A stretch of 32,000 bases of DNA from Patescibacteria group bacterium (GTDB lineage Bacteria > Patescibacteriota > Patescibacteriia > 2-01-FULL-39-33). The stretch lies in NCBI GenBank assembly GCA_041662745.1, contig JBAZRV010000005.1, positions 74,316 through 106,315 on the forward strand, written 5' to 3'. Below, piece after piece: positions 15,957-24,132 of the stretch (positions are counted from its first letter, which is position 1; each line of letters begins with the position of its first letter). The notes beneath the pieces were generated by a model, which ran no database searches, was not told the origin of the DNA, and worked only from the letters and a program-made list of their open reading frames with translations. Both the position numbers and the translations under genes were made by a program.

Positions 15957-16169
15957 TTACTGTTCCGTTTCATCGGACGGGCAAGGCGGTGTTTCCACCG
16001 GCGGATCACCCAGTTTCAAGCCGCAGGACGGGCAACGCGATAAATAGCTATAAAATTCTGCATGGCATTGCGCGCATTTAACCTTGACGCCGACAAAAGA
16101 GATAAAGACGAAAAGCGCAAAAAAAATGCACAAGACTTCCATAACCGGCGTACAAATTGCCGGCCACAT
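15957..16169 (-). CDS. Small TM protein with zinc ribbon
   Basis: MWPAICTPVMEVLCIFFALFVFISFVGVKVKCAQCHAEFYSYLSRCPSCGLKLG. SD AGAGGAG upstream of the ATG at 16169. Confidence 0.6.
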   Translation of the reverse strand: MWPAICTPVMEVLCIFFALFVFISFVGVKVKCAQCHAEFYSYLSRCPSCGLKLGDPPVETPPCPSDETEQ

Positions 16170-16394
16170 GTCAATTGCTCCTCTTGCGGTTGGCGCGCCG
16201 CTCCGCTCTGCGCTCCTCCCGCTTTGAACCGGTACGAGGCAAAAAACCGGCGCCGCTGCCATAATAAGCGGAAAAGAACTTAAGCCACAATCTGCGCAGA
16301 CTCATGAATTTTCTCCTTTTTAGTTATCATAGCCATTTTAGGTCAGGAATTGCCATTCAAGTTATCCTATCAGCAACAACGTTTTTTGTCAAAC

Positions 16395-16419
16395 AAAAAC
16401 TGTCGAAAATTTCGACAGT
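16395..16419 (-). terminator. Terminator of ftsEX
   Basis: Minus strand ACTGTCGAA-ATT-TTCGACAGT then TTTTGTTT. Confidence 0.75.
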
Positions 16420-16456
16420 AATAAAGTGAGATTTCTGCTAATTTTAGACGTTAATT

Positions 16457-17374
16457 TTAGACGTTTAAATATTTGCCAATGGCCACCGCCGAAGAAACAA
16501 TGTTGACGGCGGTAATGGCTAACAATTCCGTACCGAAGATATAAACAAAATTAGCATTAAAATAACCGGTCAAATCAAAGGTGGCGCCGGCAAAAAAACC
16601 GGAAACATACGGTTGCAACACCGATAACAAAGGATAGAAAAAAACTATGGTAATAAATACCGCGACGATTCCGGCAATAACGCTTTCCAAAATAAAAGGC
16701 GAACGGATAAACCAATTGGAAGCCCCGACCAACTTCATGATGCCGATTTCATTTTGGTGAGTGAAAATAGCCACGCGAACCGTATTAAAAATTATCAAGA
16801 TGGAAATAAGAGCGAAGATGCCGATAACGAAATAAGCGGCGCGGCGCACCGTATCGGCAATGCCGTTAATCCGCGAAATCACCAATTGATTATCATCATA
16901 ATTCTTTTCCTCAATCAACTCGGCAAAAGATGGATCATCGATGGCTTTTAGAATCTCCGGGTAATCCTTGAGATCCTTGGCTTTGATTACCAGGGTGGCG
17001 CTCATAGGGTTGGCGGATAACTCTTTAAGCGTCTCCTGAATCTTAACGTCGCCGGCATGCTTCTCCTTAAACGCTTCCAGATTGTCTTCAGATGAACGAT
17101 AAGTGATATTTTTGACTTGAGACAATCCTTCCAGATGGGATTTGACTTCGGCGACTTTGCTTTCCCTGACTTCCGGCTTGAAATAAACTGAGACATCAAT
17201 GCGGTCTTTAACCGCCGCAATGGCCGAGTCGGAAATAACATTGACGACCAGAAGCAGATTAACGGAAATCAAAGTTAAAAAAATCACAAAAACAGTGGCC
17301 AGAGACAGCCAAATATTGCGCCAAAAAGACTGCAGGGCGAAAAAAATTGAACGATTTAAAGTCAAAAGAAACAT
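16457..17374 (-). CDS. ftsX: Cell division protein FtsX
   Basis: 305 aa; SVYFKPEVRESKVAEVKSHL, FNTVRVAIFTHQNEIGIMKLVGASNWFIRSPF; adjacent to ftsE. Confidence 0.93.
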   Translation of the reverse strand: MFLLTLNRSIFFALQSFWRNIWLSLATVFVIFLTLISVNLLLVVNVISDSAIAAVKDRIDVSVYFKPEVRESKVAEVKSHLEGLSQVKNITYRSSEDNLEAFKEKHAGDVKIQETLKELSANPMSATLVIKAKDLKDYPEILKAIDDPSFAELIEEKNYDDNQLVISRINGIADTVRRAAYFVIGIFALISILIIFNTVRVAIFTHQNEIGIMKLVGASNWFIRSPFILESVIAGIVAVFITIVFFYPLLSVLQPYVSGFFAGATFDLTGYFNANFVYIFGTELLAITAVNIVSSAVAIGKYLNV

Positions 17375-17377
17375 AAA

Positions 17378-18058
17378 TTAGATTACATATTTCCCTACTT
17401 TTTGATCTCCGACCACTAAGCCTTCATCCAAAGTAATAACGCGACGCTTGAGGGAATTAACAATTTCTTTATTATGAGTCACCATCACGACAGTGGTGCC
17501 AAACTCGTTAATTTTTAATAATAAATCAATAATATCCTTGGTGTTTAGGGCGTCCAGATTGCCGGTCGGCTCATCGGCCAAAAGCACCTTGGGACGATGA
17601 ATCAGGGCACGGGCGATGGCCACGCGCTGTTTCTCTCCGCCGGACAACTCATGCGGATAACGCGCCAGCTTATCCTGCAGATCCACAATAGACAGAACTT
17701 GGGGTACCACCGCCTGAATACGGCTTTTAGTGGCGCCGGCAACCTGCAAAGCGAAAGCCACATTCTCAAAGACCGTTTTCTTGGGCAAAAGCTTGAAATC
17801 CTGAAACACTACGCCGATTTGCCGGCGCAATGACGGTATGCTGCGCTTCTTGATATTAGTGATATCCCAACCGCCGATTATCACCTGACCGCTATCGGGA
17901 GGCAGCTCGGCAATAAGCAGGCGAACAATAGTTGTCTTGCCTGAACCGGATTGGCCGACAATGGAGACAAACTCTCCCGGCTCAATATGAATATTAGCGC
18001 TTTTAAGCGCTTCAGTGGTGGGCGGAAATTTTTTTGAGACGTCAACAAGATGGATCAT
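17378..18058 (-). CDS. ftsE: Cell division ATP-binding protein FtsE
   Basis: 226 aa; VGQSGSGKTTIVRLL, QRKQ-type Q-loop, LSGGEKQRVAIARAL, VLLADEPTGNLD. Confidence 0.95.
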   Translation of the reverse strand: MIHLVDVSKKFPPTTEALKSANIHIEPGEFVSIVGQSGSGKTTIVRLLIAELPPDSGQVIIGGWDITNIKKRSIPSLRRQIGVVFQDFKLLPKKTVFENVAFALQVAGATKSRIQAVVPQVLSIVDLQDKLARYPHELSGGEKQRVAIARALIHRPKVLLADEPTGNLDALNTKDIIDLLLKINEFGTTVVMVTHNKEIVNSLKRRVITLDEGLVVGDQKVGKYVI

Positions 18059-18096
18059 GGCTGATTAATTTCAATTATCAATAAAATACTTTGCAT

Positions 18097-18921
18097 TTAC
18101 TTATTAATTGCTATGGCGGAGGCCGGCTCCTGATACGCCTCAACTTTTACATCAATAACCCCCAATTTGGTAGAAGCGATTTTTTTAAACGCTTCTTTGC
18201 CCAAATCAATTACCCGATCGGGATGAACAGCCGGATCCGGTCCCCAATCCTTGATTGTCACTACGACTTGCTTGCCATTGGCCAAATTGGTCACGAGCAC
18301 CTTGGCGCCGCGAGAAAACTGGGTGGAAGCGGCCATCAGCTCCCGGCGATATTTGGGATGAACATACCAAGAAGCGCGTCCGACCGATTCCGGCTCTTTA
18401 AGCAAGACAAAAATCAACTTGCCGGGAAAAGTGACGTCGGCTGTGGCTGTATATTTTTTTAAATCTTTAACCGTCTCAAGACGGGTAAATTGACCATTGC
18501 TTTCGTCCCAATAATAAAGATTGCGCAAATCATTATCACCCGGATACGACATTATTATTTGCGGCAAAAAATTCCAATCAGAAGAAGTGGAGATACCCAA
18601 AAAATAAATATCGGATGCCGCCTCGGTCTTTTCCGGCAGAACGTAAGTTGAACTGGCAATGGCTGATTGCGGTATCAAAGACAATAGCTTGAAAGAGACG
18701 CTAGCCGTACTGGTTCCCTTGGCTACTCGAAAAGCCAGGGAGCCGTCCGACGACTTAACGACAAAATCGCCTTTTCTAATTGCCGGTATTAAATCAATCA
18801 CTATTAAATCCTCGGCCTGGGCAAAATGGCAAAACAAGCCAAAAGCGGCGAAACCGGCAAGCAATAAAGTAAAAAATAATCCCTCCCTCCAACTAAAATA
18901 ACGATTTCCGGGTTTTTTCAT
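18097..18921 (-). CDS. Exported RlpA-like double-psi beta-barrel protein
   Basis: Signal/TM segment near the N-terminus; C-terminus GRASWYVHPKYRRELMAASTQFSRGAKVLVTNLANGKQVVVTIKDWGPDPAVHPDRVIDLGKEAF. Start refined to 18921; the track start at 19011 runs through the tRNA-Gly gene. Confidence 0.8.
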   Translation of the reverse strand: MKKPGNRYFSWREGLFFTLLLAGFAAFGLFCHFAQAEDLIVIDLIPAIRKGDFVVKSSDGSLAFRVAKGTSTASVSFKLLSLIPQSAIASSTYVLPEKTEAASDIYFLGISTSSDWNFLPQIIMSYPGDNDLRNLYYWDESNGQFTRLETVKDLKKYTATADVTFPGKLIFVLLKEPESVGRASWYVHPKYRRELMAASTQFSRGAKVLVTNLANGKQVVVTIKDWGPDPAVHPDRVIDLGKEAFKKIASTKLGVIDVKVEAYQEPASAIAINK

Positions 18922-18923
18922 AG

Positions 18924-18951
18924 TTGATTTTTTAGGCAAATTTGCTATAAT
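18924..18951 (+). promoter_or_regulatory. Promoter of the tRNA-Gly/tRNA-Thr unit
   Basis: TTGATT-16-TATAAT; -10 ends 12 nt before the tRNA 5' end. Confidence 0.65.
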
Positions 18952-18963
18952 AATATTGTTATT

Positions 18964-19034
18964 GCGGGTATGGTTTAGTGGCAGAACGTGACCTTCCCAA
19001 GGTTGAGGCACGAGTTCGATTCTCGTTACCCGCT
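18964..19034 (+). tRNA. tRNA-Gly (anticodon CCC)
   Basis: GCGGGTA...TACCCGC acceptor stem, anticodon loop TTCCCAA, GAGTTCGATTCTC T-arm; no encoded CCA. Confidence 0.95.
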
Positions 19035-19050
19035 CAAAAACTTAAAAAAT

Positions 19051-19123
19051 GCCAAGATAGCTCAGTTGGTAGAGCAACGGTATCGTAAACCGTGGGTCGG
19101 GAGTTCGAATCTCCCTCTTGGCT
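19051..19123 (+). tRNA. tRNA-Thr (anticodon CGT)
   Basis: GCCAAGA...TCTTGGC acceptor, loop ATCGTAA, GGGAGTTCGAATCTCCC T-arm; no encoded CCA. Confidence 0.95.
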
Positions 19124-19144
19124 TAAGTAAGATTCAAACGGGAT

Positions 19145-19170
19145 TCGCCCAGTCGGGCGTTTCTTTTTTA
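19145..19170 (+). terminator. Terminator downstream of tRNAs
   Basis: CGCCC-AGTC-GGGCG then TTTCTTTTTT. Confidence 0.8.
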
Positions 19171-20730
19171 TTTGATATATCTGACAATCCTGGCTTTATC
19201 CAGCAAACTTTTAATATACTGATCCACATCAACTTCAATCAAAATATGGCGCAAATTAATGCTTTCTTTGCCGGTTGTCTTATCTTTTAACTTGCTCTCC
19301 ACTTTAACTATATGATAACCGTAACGGCTTTTAACTAACTGCTTATACACTGTGTTGGTGGCGGCGCTGAACAAAACATCCTCCCATTGAGGATCAAGCT
19401 GACCCCGAACCACCCAGCCGAATTCTCCGCCGGTATTTACTCCCGCTTCATCATCGGTATATTGTTTAGCTAAAGCGGTAAAATCAGTGGTACTGGAAGT
19501 GGTAGTGGCTAAAGCTAACTTCAGCACTTGTTCAGCTTCATGTTTGGCTGCTTGGTTTATCGGCAACGATTCATCGTTCACTATGGCCTCACGCAAATAC
19601 TCCCGCATCATCACCGGCTTAAGGATTTTATCCTTAAACTGTTCCAAATTAAGATTCCAATTCTTTTGCACCATTGATTCGGCCTGTTCGCGCGATCCGG
19701 CTTGAGCGATCAAGGCGTCTAAATTATCGTTCAGTTCTTTATCGGTAACGGGCTTGTTATAACGCTTGAGTTCTTGAGCCATTAATTCATCCGCCGCTAA
19801 ACGATAAAAAATCTTATCATTCTCTTGAGTCCAAAGCGATACGTCCAGCCCCTCGCGTTTCTGAGCCAGGGCGGCGTCCAACAATTTGGCATCGCTGTAA
19901 TAATCACTCAAAGAAATCATTTGACCAGCCACTTGGCCGGCCGGCAGATGCAAGACTTTGGCCACCTCAACGCTGACCCAATCCTTAAAACCAAAACGGT
20001 AAATGCCGACCAAATCAACAACCAAAACCAAAATAACGGCTAAAAACAAAAAAATTAATAATTTTAACCAACGATGAGATTTTTTTTCCGCGCCCTCACC
20101 GATCTTAAAAGCTTTTTCCTTAATCGGCTGCATTGATCGGGAGGTCGGGCGCTTGAACAGACTCTCCAATGATTCCTCCTTCTTTGGCTTAGTCCAAGAT
20201 AGATCGGGTGCGACACGCGGACCGAAAGAAAAAGAGCGCTTCTCCGGTTTGGCAATAACTTTAGCAATTGCCGGGACTTTTATTGCCGGAGCGACGCTTG
20301 CCGGCTTCGCCGACTTCATCGCCTTAGCCTCGGACTTTTGCTTAGTCAACTTGGCTGACATTCTCTTTACTTTGACCGGTTTGGTTTTTGTTTTTGCAAC
20401 AACGGCGGTTTTAGATTTGCCTTTTACTTTAACTGACGGTTTGGCCGTTACGGCCATTACCCGGGTTGGCGGTTTTATTGCCGCTATTGCCGACTGGCCG
20501 ACGATTGAAGAAGCGGATTTTGGCGCTGCTTTAAGTTGGGCTAAACCGCTCTTAGCTTGATAAATCGGCTTAGGTTTGATTGACCCCAAAGCAAAATTTT
20601 TGGCTGATGCCGATTCCGTCACTGATCTTTTTTCACTGGCAATGCGATCCGTTTTCGGTTCCAGGGCAGCCATTATTTCTTGCTTTAATTGCGCTTTTTT
20701 TACTGGGGAAAGGTTCGATTTTTTAGGCAT
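19168..20730 (-). CDS. Membrane-anchored parvulin-type peptidyl-prolyl isomerase (SurA/PrsA-like) with long basic N-terminal tail
   Basis: 520 aa; single TM (WLKLLIFLFLAVILVLVVDLV), DFTALAKQYTDDEAGVNTGGEFGWVVRGQLDPQWEDVLFSA...YGYHIVKV, and RHILIEVD near the C-terminus. Confidence 0.85.
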   Translation of the reverse strand: MPKKSNLSPVKKAQLKQEIMAALEPKTDRIASEKRSVTESASAKNFALGSIKPKPIYQAKSGLAQLKAAPKSASSIVGQSAIAAIKPPTRVMAVTAKPSVKVKGKSKTAVVAKTKTKPVKVKRMSAKLTKQKSEAKAMKSAKPASVAPAIKVPAIAKVIAKPEKRSFSFGPRVAPDLSWTKPKKEESLESLFKRPTSRSMQPIKEKAFKIGEGAEKKSHRWLKLLIFLFLAVILVLVVDLVGIYRFGFKDWVSVEVAKVLHLPAGQVAGQMISLSDYYSDAKLLDAALAQKREGLDVSLWTQENDKIFYRLAADELMAQELKRYNKPVTDKELNDNLDALIAQAGSREQAESMVQKNWNLNLEQFKDKILKPVMMREYLREAIVNDESLPINQAAKHEAEQVLKLALATTTSSTTDFTALAKQYTDDEAGVNTGGEFGWVVRGQLDPQWEDVLFSAATNTVYKQLVKSRYGYHIVKVESKLKDKTTGKESINLRHILIEVDVDQYIKSLLDKARIVRYIK

Positions 20731-20784
20731 ATGATATTATAAAGGGTATTTGCTAAGTGATATTTGCAGTAATATTTGTTAAGT

Positions 20785-21219
20785 TTAGTTAAAGAAATAT
20801 CTCCACCATTTTGCCGGGTTGGACTCTTTGGCCGAGGAGGGACTGTCAACCAGCTCCAGCAAATCTTGATTATCCCTAATAACCACTTCTTCAATTGAAG
20901 AAGTTGAGGAACCTAATGTTTCCGGACGCATTATGACAAAAGCCTTCTCCCCCGCCCTCTTCAACCCCAGTTGGGTACGAGCGCTGCTCTCCAATTCTCC
21001 GGTAGAATTCCAATTGTCTATCCGATATTGCAAATCGTTATTTTGCCGTTTTAAATCATCAGTTTGATTTTGCAAATCGCTGATCCGCAAAGCGATCTTA
21101 TTACGATTAATCGCTTCACGAACCAAAGATACGGCTAAAAGCAAGATAATAACAATGCCAACAATTGACAGAAATCTAAAAAATATTTTTTGTTTTATTT
21201 CAGAATTTTCTAACGACAT
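20785..21219 (-). CDS. ftsB: FtsB/DivIC-like septum formation initiator
   Basis: 144 aa; N-terminal TM plus coiled coil (ISDLQNQTDDLKRQNNDLQYRI), then ARTQLGLKRAGEKAFVI. Confidence 0.8.
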   Translation of the reverse strand: MSLENSEIKQKIFFRFLSIVGIVIILLLAVSLVREAINRNKIALRISDLQNQTDDLKRQNNDLQYRIDNWNSTGELESSARTQLGLKRAGEKAFVIMRPETLGSSTSSIEEVVIRDNQDLLELVDSPSSAKESNPAKWWRYFFN

Positions 21220-21242
21220 AGTTATTATAACATAAACCGCTT

Positions 21243-23996
21243 CTAAGCCGCAAATTTAATAATATTGCCGTTTGGTTTTCTGCGGAATAACAAATCCTTC
21301 ATTATCTCAATCATAATCGTCTTAAAAACAGCCAAAGACATGACTATCAGCCAATCATTAAGATCCAATGAGGTTAAACCGAAAATCTCGGCAAAAAACG
21401 GCGCATAAATAACGGCAAATAATAAAATAAAGGAGACGGTAACACTCCAAAATAATGGCCGATTGCCAAAGATACTCTGCCGCCAAACCGGCTGATATAA
21501 ACTGCGCAAACTAAAAGCGTACAGCAAGGCGTCAGCGCTTAAAGTTGCCAAAATTATCGTTCTGATATGAGCCAGGGGCGCGCCCTGTGTTTCCAGAACA
21601 ATATAAATCAATAACAGCAAGACATCAGTCATAAGCGCCGCTACAATAATCATCCACTTCATCTTATTATCCAAGATCGGCTGTTCTCGCGGCGCCGGCG
21701 GATAAGCCATCGCCTCGCCATTTCCGGCTTCGGCCGCTAAGGTCAGATTAGGCAAGCCATGATCAATTAAATTGATCCAGAGTATTTGTATGGCGATTAG
21801 CGGCAAGGGCAAACCCAAAAATAAAGCTCCGGCCAACAAGATAATTTCCGAAAAACTGCCCAGAAAAAGATAGAGCGTGACCTTCTTGATATTATCAAAA
21901 ATATTCCTTCCCTCTTTAATCGCTTCCACTATCACGTCAAAGCCGTTATTCAACAGAACCATATCAGCGGCTTCCTTGGCCACATCAGTGCCTCCGCCCA
22001 AGGCAATGCCCACATCGGCGGCCTTTAAAGCTGGCGCGTCGTTAATGCCGTCGCCGGTCATCGCCACTACCTGACCAAGATTACGCCAGACATGGACTAA
22101 GCGCAATTTATGCCGCGGTTCCACCCGGGCATACACATCAATTTGCGGCAATTGCCGCATTAATTGAACTTCGTCCAATTTATCCAGAGCCTCGCCCGTC
22201 AGGATTCGGCCTCGTCCCAATCCCAGTTCAGCATAAATCGCTTGTGCCGTAATCTTATGATCGCCAGTCACAATAACCGTCCTAATGCCGGCATTGCGGC
22301 AATCAACCACGGCCTTAGCGGCGTTTAGACGCAACGGATCCTTCAAGGCGACAAAACCAACAAAAACCAAATCAGGCAATTTTTCATCCAACCGCTTAAA
22401 ATGATCTGCCGTGTCATAAGCCAAGGCCAAAACACGCAAACCTTCTTTGGCCAATTCTTCAACTTTAATTTTCAACAGCTTCACCTGCTCCGGTGACATT
22501 TGCCTTTTCTCGCCGCCGATCAAGACTCGATTACAAAAAGGCAGGATTTTTTCCGGCGCGCCTTTGGCAAAAATATGGCTATGCCCGTCAGCCTTATGCC
22601 GATGCAGAGTAGCCATGTATTTACGCGATGAGTCAAAAGGAATTTCTGCCACCTTCGGGTATTCAAGGTCTAACTCTTCCTTATTGAAACCGGCGGCCAG
22701 GCCGGATAGGACCAAGGCCTGCTCGGTAGGATCGGCTATAATTTGCAACTCGGCCAATGCGGCTTCCGGATTAACAATCCGAGCGGAACTGCACAACAAG
22801 GAAATCTTAGCCAATAAAGCCAACTCCTTGGTTTCCGCTCCGCCTTCTAATGGTTCTTGAAGGGGGGCAAGAGAAAACTCCCGTTCGGCGGTGAGCAAAC
22901 GCGCCACCCTCATATGTCCTTCAGTCAAGGTTCCGGTTTTGTCCGTTAAGATAACCGAGATTCTCCCCAGGGTTTCCGTAGCTGACAAGTGACGCACCAA
23001 AGCGTGATGCTGTAAAATGCGTTGCATGCCTAATGCAGAAACAATCGTCAAAGAAATCAGCAACCCTTCAGGAATAGCGGCGACGGCAACCGCGGCGGCA
23101 ATAATAAGCATTTGCCCGACGCCATATCCCCTAAATAACCCCATAACCAATATAATCAAACAAATAATAAGGACTGCCAGAGCCAATAAGCGGCTAAACT
23201 GCTCCAATTGCTTGAAAAGCAAGGTTTTTTCTTCTTTAATCCCTTCCAACATTTTACCGATTTGGCCAAATTCCGTCTTACTGCCGGTCGCGCAAACAAC
23301 AGCCAACCCCTTGCCTCGCACAACGGTCGTACCCAGATAAACCATGTTTTTCCTGTCAGCCAAAACAGTTTGCTGATTTAGTTTCCTTGTTTCTTTGCTG
23401 ACGGGATTTGACTCGCCGGTTAAAGCGGCTTCCGAAGTCTGCAAATCATAAATTTCAAACAAGCGACAATCGGCCGGAACCTTGTCTCCGCTTTTTAAGG
23501 CGATAACGTCCCCGGGAACAAGCTTGGCGGCCGGCAACACTGACGGCCTTCCATCGCGAAAAACCGTGGCATAATAAACAACCATGGCTCGCAATTTTTC
23601 CAGCGCCCGATTCGCTTTGTTCTCTTGAAACCAGCCGAACCAAGCGTTAATGCCGACTACTACCGCAATAACTGCGGCATCAGGCCATTTCTGCAATAAA
23701 ATAGAAATTATAGCGGCGATAAGTAAAACATAAACCAAGGGAGACTTGAATTGAGATAAAAAAATCATTACAGATGATGCCGGCTTGGCTCGGTTCAATT
23801 CATTTTTGCCGAATTGTTCCAGTCGCCTTTGCGCCTCATCAGCAGATAAACCGCCGCTGGCCGAATTTAATGATTTAAGGCAAGCTTTCGCCTCCAAACT
23901 ATGCCAATTACTCTCTATTAATGGTTCATTAAGCCGATTCTTGGCCTTAGCCGGCGATCGTAAAATAATTTTAGTTTTTTTATTATCCGCCTTCAT
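21243..23996 (-). CDS. P-type cation-transporting ATPase (Ca2+-ATPase-like P2 family)
   Basis: 917 aa; TGES(N), AIPEGL, ILTDKTGTLTEG phosphorylation motif, VVAMTGDGINDAPALKAADVGIA. Confidence 0.95.
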   Translation of the reverse strand: MKADNKKTKIILRSPAKAKNRLNEPLIESNWHSLEAKACLKSLNSASGGLSADEAQRRLEQFGKNELNRAKPASSVMIFLSQFKSPLVYVLLIAAIISILLQKWPDAAVIAVVVGINAWFGWFQENKANRALEKLRAMVVYYATVFRDGRPSVLPAAKLVPGDVIALKSGDKVPADCRLFEIYDLQTSEAALTGESNPVSKETRKLNQQTVLADRKNMVYLGTTVVRGKGLAVVCATGSKTEFGQIGKMLEGIKEEKTLLFKQLEQFSRLLALAVLIICLIILVMGLFRGYGVGQMLIIAAAVAVAAIPEGLLISLTIVSALGMQRILQHHALVRHLSATETLGRISVILTDKTGTLTEGHMRVARLLTAEREFSLAPLQEPLEGGAETKELALLAKISLLCSSARIVNPEAALAELQIIADPTEQALVLSGLAAGFNKEELDLEYPKVAEIPFDSSRKYMATLHRHKADGHSHIFAKGAPEKILPFCNRVLIGGEKRQMSPEQVKLLKIKVEELAKEGLRVLALAYDTADHFKRLDEKLPDLVFVGFVALKDPLRLNAAKAVVDCRNAGIRTVIVTGDHKITAQAIYAELGLGRGRILTGEALDKLDEVQLMRQLPQIDVYARVEPRHKLRLVHVWRNLGQVVAMTGDGINDAPALKAADVGIALGGGTDVAKEAADMVLLNNGFDVIVEAIKEGRNIFDNIKKVTLYLFLGSFSEIILLAGALFLGLPLPLIAIQILWINLIDHGLPNLTLAAEAGNGEAMAYPPAPREQPILDNKMKWMIIVAALMTDVLLLLIYIVLETQGAPLAHIRTIILATLSADALLYAFSLRSLYQPVWRQSIFGNRPLFWSVTVSFILLFAVIYAPFFAEIFGLTSLDLNDWLIVMSLAVFKTIMIEIMKDLLFRRKPNGNIIKFAA

Positions 23997-24033
23997 GATA
24001 AAAATTATTTTTATGACAACATTGTTTGCTTAT

Positions 24034-24062
24034 ATTATAACACAAAACGACTTGCTTCTCAA
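24034..24062 (-). promoter_or_regulatory. Promoter of the P-type ATPase gene
   Basis: Minus strand TTGAGA (24062-24057)-17-TATAAT (24039-24034). Confidence 0.7.
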
Positions 24063-24070
24063 AACTAAAC

Positions 24071-24109
24071 TAAAAAAACATTCCGATCACAGTTCGGTGA
24101 ACGGAATGT
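24071..24109 (-). terminator. Terminator of ABC transporter gene
   Basis: Minus strand ACATTCCG...CGGAATGT then TTTTTTT. Confidence 0.75.
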
Positions 24110-24132
24110 TAAATATGCAATATCGCTAATCG

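Noticed and set aside
21877-24129. Plus-strand ORFs opposite the P-type ATPase (21877, 22447, 23017, 23785)
   Set aside because: Low-information translations antisense to a strongly conserved 917-aa ATPase; shadow ORFs.
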